Shown: positions 23,901-32,600 of the stretch, in pieces
Layout of the letters: every line of letters starts with the position of its first letter
Numbering within the stretch: position 1 is the stretch's first letter
Virus record (IMG/VR): IMGVR_UViG_3300042922_000451
Span: 1-53,657 of that record
DNA length: 53,657 nucleotides
DNA from: a virus
Taxonomy: Duplodnaviria; Caudoviricetes
Strand: one strand, 5' to 3'
Position numbers and translations under genes: made by a program
The notes under the pieces: generated by a model
Seen by the model: only the letters and a program-made list of their open reading frames with translations
What the model was told of the DNA's origin: nothing
Database searches by the model: none

Positions 23901-26705
23901 TTAAATCACTCCTCTACAATCAGCTATAATTTTTACAGTCATAGCTGTATTTTGAGCTCTCACTAAGGCACCATCTACTGCATCCACAATTCTAAAAGTT
24001 AGCATTACAGAGTCGGTATCTACTTTTATTAGAGAAGCGTATGGTGAGAATTTGGCTGTTAGGTCTGTGCCTAAGTAGGCTAAAAGTATCTTTAGATTTT
24101 TAAGACTTATTCTTGGTACCGCGTTCTTTTTAACCTTGAATGGCACTACTATCTGTACAAAAGCAACTCCAGCACCGTCAGAAGTCATAGTACAAAATGC
24201 TCCGTTAACATTTATCTCTTCATATACGCTTAAATCAACTACTCTATCTAAAGCTAAATTGCTTTTCTGTCTGCTCTCTAAAGCATTCGCTACGCTTGTA
24301 ACTCCAGATACTAAATCTTGTTTAAAGGTTAGAGCTATAGTTCCTGCGTTTGGAGCTACGGTATCTAATATTTTGTAGTCTATTGTGTATATGGCATTTG
24401 CGTCTAGAGTAGCCGTAGTCATATTAGCCCCCACTCTGTCGTAATAGCCATCGGCAGCTGCACTGATAGTCCAAGAATTACTATCATATATTTCGTTCTT
24501 TAATATATCTATAATGTTATTAGCTCTATTTTTTAGGGCACTTTCTGGATAAGTGGTATGATTTATACGACTCCAACCGCCCCCAGAGCCAACTATTGCA
24601 ATCTCCCCTAATACCATGCCACTATCTACATATACATAATTGTCTCCCGTATCTATCTTTGGTATGTCTCCGACTATCTTAGTATTTGCGTCAGTTATAG
24701 GCTCAGGATTAGCTAATTTATAATGTAACTGATATCCTTCATAACCAGGAGCTACATTGTTTTTGCACCAAGTAAGTAGAGATACGTTTGTAGTTCCGTT
24801 GTCTGATCGTATTATTGATGCGCCACTACTTATAGCAGATATTAAGTTACTCGACATAGTTACAGCGTTAGTGCTCTTACTTTGTACAGCATATGTATTC
24901 CAAGCACCTGCTGAATTTTTTACAGTTATTAAATCACCGACATTGAATTGTGAAGCATCTGTAAAATTTATTACTGCTTGACCTGCACTAGCGGCACTAG
25001 CTACGGTGGTAGTTAGCCCACCTGCTGGTAGTACATTTCCGTCTACTACAGATACCCACACAACGTATCTTGAGCCATAAGCACCTGCAGCTTTCCAACC
25101 ATTCATAAAGGCTTTAATTTCATCTGCATTAGGGTTAGTGGCATCTAACCACCCCGAGTCTGTAGTAGAAATAGATACCCACAAAGTTCCGTTTGGTCTG
25201 TCAGAAGTGATTTGATCTACATCAGTAATAGTTCCTGCAGGTAAAATCTTTTCATCATACTTAATAGCCGCAAGAGCATATCTACCATCTGTGAGTATAT
25301 CAACTCCTGGCATACATGAATTTAATCTAACAACTTTCCTTCCTGTAGTTGTTGATGAATAAATCCAATCATAATCTTTACCGTATAAAGTTTTGTGCTT
25401 CCAGTTAATTAACCCTTCAGCTTTACCGTTCTTAAGAGTTACTGTATCTCCATCACCGAATTTACCCTCTATGACACATCTTTCCATCCTACAAGGTTTA
25501 TAGGAAGGAGTTGATGAGCCTTCAACAATCATAGCTTCTTTATGGTAAGCTACACCTGTGTCGGCTACAATACTACCCGATATCATACTAACTCTTAAGC
25601 GTTTGGTATCTGAACTTGTTGTGACTGTAGCTGATATTTTTGTGTCCGTAGTATTAGTTGTAGTTACATTAGCTAGCAATGCATTTGTATCGGCGTCTAA
25701 TATTTGAATTCTAGCGGCAGTGGCTGTCCCTCTTTTGCAAACTGTTGAAAAAGTATACTGAGTATTAGGTTTACAGGGGACAATTTGATTATAACCGTTA
25801 TTGGCAGAAGCATTGTTGTCTTCCACTACAAAATATCCATTTTCTATACGAGGATTAGTATTTCCATAACTTAAGCTCCACCAGTTAATACCTTCTTCAC
25901 CATTACCGTTCCTTACGAGGTTGTCATGCCTTATCTCAATATAAGGATTAGTAAGTATACCATAAGAATCAACATATGAGTACTTTTCTAAGAGCTGCTC
26001 TACAGTAAGATTGTTGTATTCTTCCGCTGTAATTTCGTTAACTTGTACACCATCCATATATGCATATTGACCTATTGAGCCGAGTAGGTGCATGCCCATA
26101 GCAGGCATAGAAGTAACTGTTGCCGCAGGCAATTTAAGTCCTACTCTAGTAAAATTTATTGTATCTGTAACATAGCCGGTATATAGATTTGCTTGACCTA
26201 TTCCATCCGTATTCCAATACCCTCTAACGCCTGAACTAAGATTACCATTCTTTAGATACACACTAAAGAACAAATATTTACCAGTTATTTTCGGTATTAG
26301 CTCATTTCTTACTGTTCCTGATAGATCTGTGTAACCCCCTGCACTTGTAAGTATTCCTTTTAGACTACTTAACCCAAAGACTTTATTGCTGATATCTGAA
26401 GACAGGGTTAAGCCTCCTTGAGTCCACTTACTTACATCTTCACAATTTCCATCTTTACCCAACAAGTTAACATAGTGCCTTCCACTCCAAGCTACCTCAG
26501 GTATAACTGGAACTTTAACAGGGTTAACGATTTTACTATTCATTCCATAACTTAAGGTCAGAGTCGCTACAACTCCACTACCGAGAACATCATCAATTTC
26601 CTTAAATTTAACATCCACACTGTCAAAATTGTCATTAATATCTTTTATATCCGCTGGGTCAGTGTAATCCGGTTTTTTATAATTATAATTAAGTGTGTAT
26701 TTCAT
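23901..26705 (-). CDS. Tail fibre / receptor-binding protein with carbohydrate-binding-like domains
   Basis: N-terminal KPD..D.ADI..INDNFD..D anchor; NLLGKDGNCE and NLVRNGNGEEG..W...KPNTQYTFS CBM-like starts. Confidence 0.75.
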   Translation of the reverse strand: MKYTLNYNYKKPDYTDPADIKDINDNFDSVDVKFKEIDDVLGSGVVATLTLSYGMNSKIVNPVKVPVIPEVAWSGRHYVNLLGKDGNCEDVSKWTQGGLTLSSDISNKVFGLSSLKGILTSAGGYTDLSGTVRNELIPKITGKYLFFSVYLKNGNLSSGVRGYWNTDGIGQANLYTGYVTDTINFTRVGLKLPAATVTSMPAMGMHLLGSIGQYAYMDGVQVNEITAEEYNNLTVEQLLEKYSYVDSYGILTNPYIEIRHDNLVRNGNGEEGINWWSLSYGNTNPRIENGYFVVEDNNASANNGYNQIVPCKPNTQYTFSTVCKRGTATAARIQILDADTNALLANVTTTNTTDTKISATVTTSSDTKRLRVSMISGSIVADTGVAYHKEAMIVEGSSTPSYKPCRMERCVIEGKFGDGDTVTLKNGKAEGLINWKHKTLYGKDYDWIYSSTTTGRKVVRLNSCMPGVDILTDGRYALAAIKYDEKILPAGTITDVDQITSDRPNGTLWVSISTTDSGWLDATNPNADEIKAFMNGWKAAGAYGSRYVVWVSVVDGNVLPAGGLTTTVASAASAGQAVINFTDASQFNVGDLITVKNSAGAWNTYAVQSKSTNAVTMSSNLISAISSGASIIRSDNGTTNVSLLTWCKNNVAPGYEGYQLHYKLANPEPITDANTKIVGDIPKIDTGDNYVYVDSGMVLGEIAIVGSGGGWSRINHTTYPESALKNRANNIIDILKNEIYDSNSWTISAAADGYYDRVGANMTTATLDANAIYTIDYKILDTVAPNAGTIALTFKQDLVSGVTSVANALESRQKSNLALDRVVDLSVYEEINVNGAFCTMTSDGAGVAFVQIVVPFKVKKNAVPRISLKNLKILLAYLGTDLTAKFSPYASLIKVDTDSVMLTFRIVDAVDGALVRAQNTAMTVKIIADCRGVI

Positions 26706-26965
26706 TTAACCACCTCCACGTAAATACGCGCTTTTAGTATTTCAGGTCCTATCCTATATATAAAATCACAATAAAATGCACCTATATTTAATCCAGAAAA
26801 TAAAGTTGAAATTCGTTTATTGTCAACCATTGCTGACCCATTTTCTACTTCATTTCCATTGATATCTGTGATTTTATAATCAGCTGATGTTATAACAAAA
26901 TCCTGCTTAACTTGACTTAATACTTCAATTCCTATTTGTCGTACTTCCCCTTTTCTTATAATCAC
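26702..26965 (-). CDS. Small beta-rich structural protein
   Basis: Tail-module context, overlapping neighbours. Confidence 0.6.
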   Translation of the reverse strand: MIIRKGEVRQIGIEVLSQVKQDFVITSADYKITDINGNEVENGSAMVDNKRISTLFSGLNIGAFYCDFIYRIGPEILKARIYVEVVK

Positions 26966-27279
26966 ATTATCAACTCCCTGTACGAATAAGTTAATTCATG
27001 ATGGAGGTCACTAAATATTGGTTCATACTGTCTATAGCTAAAACCCTCACTATTTTGAATGATATCATAATTGTCCATAATTATTCTAACCTCCAGTTTT
27101 AAATAATCAATTTTTATAAATATATTGTTATAATAAGTCATATTACCAGCAGAATCTCTAGCATGCAATTCTAATATGTATACTCCACTATTTTGTTTTG
27201 GTATTTCAGCAGTAAAAGTATTAGGTGGAAGGAAGTCAAAACTGACCTCCACTCCATCTAAAAAACCTATTAGCTGCAT
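26962..27279 (-). CDS. Small Ig-like domain protein
   Basis: G.Y..EL.ARDSAGN motif. Confidence 0.65.
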   Translation of the reverse strand: MQLIGFLDGVEVSFDFLPPNTFTAEIPKQNSGVYILELHARDSAGNMTYYNNIFIKIDYLKLEVRIIMDNYDIIQNSEGFSYRQYEPIFSDLHHELTYSYRELIM

Positions 27280-27280
27280 T

Positions 27281-28207
27281 TTACACGTCCGTAACAGTTA
27301 CTGAGATTGTGAATGTAGCGCCTCCAGTAACTGGATTTGGTGTTATAGTAACTGCTGTAATTGCTGGAGGAGTAGTATCTAATGTAACAACTCTTGTGAC
27401 TTCACTATATTTACCAGCCGAATCAGTAGACCTTATTGCAATAGTGTTAGACCCTTGAGCTAATGTTATGGCTTTACTGAAGCTTCCTGATGAAACAGTA
27501 ACTGAGCCTTGGTCTGCATCATTGAGTTTAATAGTAACACTGACTGGAGATGAAGTTGCGTCATTAGTCGTTCCAGAGACAGTTAAAGAAGCATTATTAG
27601 TTATTAGACCTTCAGAAGGATTGCTAATATTAAGTACTGGTGGAACAGTATCTACTGTAAATGTAGTAGATGCAGTATTTGAAGTGTTATCATCATTATC
27701 CTGTATAGTAATCGTTATGGTATGACTTCCTTCACCTAAAGCCGATTGAACTACATATGTGCAATTATATCCATTAGTAACGGAAGTGCAAGTCATTCCT
27801 GTAGCGGCATTTCCTATAGATGAACCTCCATCTATTTTGAGAGAAAGTGTAGCAATATCTATACCAGAACCACCAGCTTCATCCCTAACTTGGAATGTAA
27901 TAGTTGGACTAGCTGAAGTAAGCTTTGCGCCGGACGAAGGTGATGTGATAGAAATTGTTGGTTTTGTTGTTTCCTTTACTTGTAATTTCAAACTACTACC
28001 TAACGTAGCATCAGCATCCGTTTTAGTTGTAGTATTACCCGCCTCATCGGTAGCTTGAACTTGTACTGGATAATAATGTCCAGCATTCACGTTATAAGAC
28101 GTTACACTTGGAGCGGTTATGGTTTTCTCATATTTACCTGTGGAACCATTGTAAATTAAGTCATAGGTTTGACCGTTGATAGTGACTCTAACTGTATTAA
28201 CAGCCAT
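27281..28207 (-). CDS. Multi-Ig-like-domain virion protein
   Basis: Thr/Ser-rich repeats ATDEAGN, DTVPPVL, DTTPPAI. Confidence 0.85.
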   Translation of the reverse strand: MAVNTVRVTINGQTYDLIYNGSTGKYEKTITAPSVTSYNVNAGHYYPVQVQATDEAGNTTTKTDADATLGSSLKLQVKETTKPTISITSPSSGAKLTSASPTITFQVRDEAGGSGIDIATLSLKIDGGSSIGNAATGMTCTSVTNGYNCTYVVQSALGEGSHTITITIQDNDDNTSNTASTTFTVDTVPPVLNISNPSEGLITNNASLTVSGTTNDATSSPVSVTIKLNDADQGSVTVSSGSFSKAITLAQGSNTIAIRSTDSAGKYSEVTRVVTLDTTPPAITAVTITPNPVTGGATFTISVTVTDV

Positions 28208-28220
28208 TTATATTCCTCCT

Positions 28221-28481
28221 CTATAAATTAGTTAATTTAATATTTTTCCATGAATTAATAGGGATTGACCCCCAAACTTTATCTTTCGTAGTGCTCCAAG
28301 TTTGTAGGTTAACTGGTCTTGTTTTAGTTAGAATCCAACTCTCATCCAAGGATATATCCCATGATTTGTTTAATTGATTCCCCCAGGTAGCCATAACTTC
28401 TTCTATAGTTACTGACATTATAAATGTTTCATTAGTATTAACTGGTCTTTTACTGTATTCTATATTTTGAATAACTAACAT
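28221..28481 (-). CDS. Hypothetical tail protein with Trp-spaced repeats
   Basis: PVNTNETFIMSVTI resembles the 27281 C-terminus (PVTGGATFTISVTV); W roughly every 8 residues. Confidence 0.6.
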   Translation of the reverse strand: MLVIQNIEYSKRPVNTNETFIMSVTIEEVMATWGNQLNKSWDISLDESWILTKTRPVNLQTWSTTKDKVWGSIPINSWKNIKLTNL

Positions 28482-28485
28482 CCAA

Positions 28486-28953
28486 TCACCTACCTACAAA
28501 ATTCCCCCAAGTAGGCATCCTAATATCCTGTAATTCTCTGATAGTTTGCTGTAGGATATCAAATTCCTCCCTAGCCTCTACGGCTTCATCACTGTAGACA
28601 CTCTCTTCAACTTTAATGCTAAATGTTGCCGAGCTTATTTTATTAAGACCTTCAAAAATGCTTACATCAGCCTCAACTATACCAGCCTTATCAAGGACTT
28701 CATAAAGCACATTAATCTTTGCTTCACCTGTTGACGCGTTCGTAATAGTTACACCAGTTGTACTATCTTGATATCTGCTAACCTTGTCTGGTCTTTTAAA
28801 GTTGGCTCTTAAACTTAATCCAGTTAAAGATAATGGCACCGAATCTTGTATTAATTTTAAATATATTACTAATTTGTCGCCTCTTTTTATTCCAGTAAAG
28901 GTTTCAATTTTTTCGCGTTTAGTATCCAATTTGACTATTAAAGGTTTTTCCAT
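28486..28953 (-). CDS. BppU-family baseplate upper protein
   Basis: PLSLTG...FKRPD...G.VEA.V.I...S.TF.I.V.ES. Confidence 0.8.
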   Translation of the reverse strand: MEKPLIVKLDTKREKIETFTGIKRGDKLVIYLKLIQDSVPLSLTGLSLRANFKRPDKVSRYQDSTTGVTITNASTGEAKINVLYEVLDKAGIVEADVSIFEGLNKISSATFSIKVEESVYSDEAVEAREEFDILQQTIRELQDIRMPTWGNFVGR

Positions 28954-29651
28954 TATAACCACCTCCATCTAGGAGTTATCTCGATTTTTGTAACAGACCC
29001 ACTCCAACTTATTGAATTTTCATTTGGTTGTAATTTCGGAAATTCACCAATCATTTGATTGTTGAGCAATGTGGTACTTTTATAACATTCTTCAGCTTCT
29101 GAATCTAGTTCTATATACGAAGAAACTCCAGTTAAATTGATAGTCGTACCATTGATGATTAAATCTATATTGCCAGTTCCAAATATTTTTATATACGGAG
29201 TGCTGACGTACGTACCCGGATTATATACTGTTGATGGTGATGTTAAAGTTAATTCATCATTTGAATATATAAATGGGTCACACGTGAAAGTAGCAGTAAA
29301 CCTGCCCAAAACTATTAGAGTTCTTTCTATATTAGTGCATGAAACCGATTTTACTTTATAATAGTTATTATCATCATCACTAAATATAAGCCTATTATCT
29401 ATAATTTTGCTAACAATCCATTTTCTTATAAGTCTAGCTTTATCATGCATGTTGTTAAAATCAACTACTCCAAAATCTATCGGTATTTCTATATCACCAT
29501 ATGTTTCTTCATCCTCAGTTAAACTCCCGTTTCTTCCTGGGATTATTAATTGATTGGAATTTCTTTTAGGGATAGGAATTATAGGCCTATGTTCCATAAC
29601 TAATCCCAAATCTTCAAAACTATTAGAATTATTAAAATTAATACTAAGCAT
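28953..29651 (-). CDS. Distal tail protein (Dit)
   Basis: IPGRNG, FTCDPF.Y, NPGT..S.P, GEFP.L.P.EN.I, PRWRWL; follows the tape measure gene. Confidence 0.9.
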   Translation of the reverse strand: MLSINFNNSNSFEDLGLVMEHRPIIPIPKRNSNQLIIPGRNGSLTEDEETYGDIEIPIDFGVVDFNNMHDKARLIRKWIVSKIIDNRLIFSDDDNNYYKVKSVSCTNIERTLIVLGRFTATFTCDPFIYSNDELTLTSPSTVYNPGTYVSTPYIKIFGTGNIDLIINGTTINLTGVSSYIELDSEAEECYKSTTLLNNQMIGEFPKLQPNENSISWSGSVTKIEITPRWRWL

Positions 29652-29655
29652 AAGT

Positions 29656-32600
29656 CTATCCTCCTATCAAACTTTTCCGTCTGTTTATATTGTATAATTC
29701 CTCACTCATTGCCGGAGCAGTCGCTTTTGCTATTTGTCGTCCATCTAATTCACTAACTACTGTTATATTTAATCCTTTTAAAATTTCATTAACATTACCA
29801 TTCGATGAACCTGAATTTGAACTATTATTTGAGATTCCATTTACTCCGGAAGCAAATTGGCTTGCTATTATAGATGCTTTACCATTAGCATTATCGACAG
29901 ATATACTTCTATTGGAGTTGAATAAGGAATTCATAGCGCCAACTCCTGATGTCACATCCTCTAAATCTAGAACTGGACGGATTGTTGGATTCATGTCCAT
30001 ATTACCACTAACAATATCAGATATATTTTTCATTGCATTGGATAACGAATTTATCGCATTATATCCAACACCTTCACTGGCATCTGTAACTAAACCTGAA
30101 AATTTAGTCATACCATTTGCTAGACCTATGTCTGTGTTCATACCCATCCACTCAAACACTTTTGAAGGTGAATGTATGTCAAGTATACTTTTAGCACCAT
30201 CTATTACATTATCGATAACTCCTTTAGTGGATTCGGCTACTTTTCCGGCTGTGGATTTAATTCCATCAGCAAGACCCTTCATTATATTTCCTCCGATATC
30301 AAAGAAACTTTTAATAGTGTCTTTAAAACCGTCAATCATTGCGTCTATAAGATTAGCTATTGCATCATTCACTAAAGGTGTGTTTTCTCTTATAGAATCT
30401 GCTATACCATTTATTAAATTGATTACCATTTTGAAGCCAGCGTCCACTATTCTAGGATACTCATTACCAATAGCCTCTAAGAAATTAACAACGATGTCAA
30501 CAGCTGTTTTTACAACCTCACCAATATTGTCAGCTATTCCTTTTAAGAATGCTATTATAATTTTCATTCCAGCGTCTACTAATTCAGGTACAAATTTCAC
30601 AATTTCTTTTAACAAAGATGATAAAAGTACATACGCAGCTTCTATAATATTAGGCGTTATTTCTATAATAGCTTTAAGAAAACCATTAACAATTGCTATA
30701 ACTGCATCTACAATTTTTGGAGTTAATTCTATAATTTTGTCCAATATTGCGACTAATATTTTAGCTATTGCTCCTACTATTTCCGCGGCACCATTACCTA
30801 TAGCTTTTACAAATTCAACTATACCATCACCCAAAGTTTTAAATACAAAAGGTATTAAACTAAGAATTGCGGTTATAGCTAATACTATTCCAGCTGAGCC
30901 AAGTGTTGCAGCCGCCGCTAAAGCTGTAATACCTGCAGCGAATGCTATCATACCAGCTCCAACTGCTAAACAACCTATTCCAAATAAAGCCACAGCCGCA
31001 GCTATGCCTAAGATAATAGGAGTTATAGGACCTAAAATTAATCCAGCTAATCCAATAACCGCAAATGCTCCAGCTAAGGCAATCAAACCTTTTACTATTT
31101 CAGAAAGTGACATTGAGCCGAGAGTTACTAAAACTGGAGCTAATATTGCTAATGCCGCTGATATTATCAATAATGCAGCTGCTCCTGGTAATGCTCCTGT
31201 CATGGCACTCATTGCTACTGCAATTATTGTTAATGACCCAGCAAGTGTAACTAATCCTTTTGCCACTTCGTCCCATGTCATTCCACCCATTTTAGATAAG
31301 GCTTCTGATAAAATAACTAAGGCACTAGCTACAATAACTAATGCTGAACCAGTCACAAGCATATTTTTCGGCATAAATTTCATAGCTATAGCAATTTCAG
31401 TTAACGCTATCGCCATTGCTAATAAACCTTTTCCAATTTGAGCTAACGACATTTGTCCCATTTTACCAATAGCTTCCGCAAATATAAGCATAGCTGCACC
31501 AAGAATAGTTAAACCTACAGCTGTCGATATAACTCTCTTTGAATCTCCTGTTAGAGTTATAAATACTCCAATTTCAGTCAAAACTATTCCCATACCAATA
31601 AGACCTTGTATCATTGCTCCTGTATCAAGCGCTGCGAATTTTCCTACAGCATCGGCTAATATAGATATTGCACCAGCTAATGCCAATAAACCAATTCCTT
31701 TCAATACGCCAATTCCATCTAGGTCTGCTATTTTTGTGAATAAAGCTAACTCTGCAGCTAATACACCAACTCCAACTAACCCTTTAATTAAATCGTCCGT
31801 ATCCAATGCTCCAAGTTTTCCAACAGCATCGGCTAGTACATTTATGGCAGCTGCAAATATCACAAATCCTAAAGAACCTTTTATTAAACTTCCGGAGTTA
31901 GCTGATAATAGTTTAGCAGTTCCAATTAATACTCCACTTAGAACTGTTACTGATACTAAACCTTTAGCTATACCATTCCAATCAAGCTCTGCTAGGTTCT
32001 TCATAGCTATTGATAATATTAAAATGGCTGCAGATAAAGTTATCATAGCTCTTGTTATTTTTCCCATGGATTTAAATCCGGAACTACCCATTATTTTCTC
32101 AAATACAGCCATTGAGCCAAATAATTCAACAAACATTGTTGTCATAGCAGTTAAAGCTAAAGTTAATTTATCAGAATCAATGAGTGATAAAGCTACAAGA
32201 GCGGCGACTAATATTGCTATGGCACTAGCTATTTTTAATAAAGTTCCGGCTTTTAAAGAAGATTGATAAGCTTCCAAACTACCTTTAACTCCATCAAGAA
32301 TTCCTTTTATTCCATTTAAGAATCCACCAGCGCCATCGGCAACATTCCCTAAAGACTTAACGAATTCCCTTATTCCAAATAATATTCCTGCGAATAATCC
32401 TCCATTTACAATATCAAATATTGAATTAAATTCAGCATTGTCGAGGGCGTTCATTATATTAGTTCTTAACTTATCAAAAGCTCCGCCAATTAAATCTGCT
32501 AATTTTAAAAATATAGGTGATAATTCTGTTAATACATCGGCTATTTTTGAGAATACATTCTGTATAAACTCACCCATTTTAGTAAATGGTTTAAATCTAG

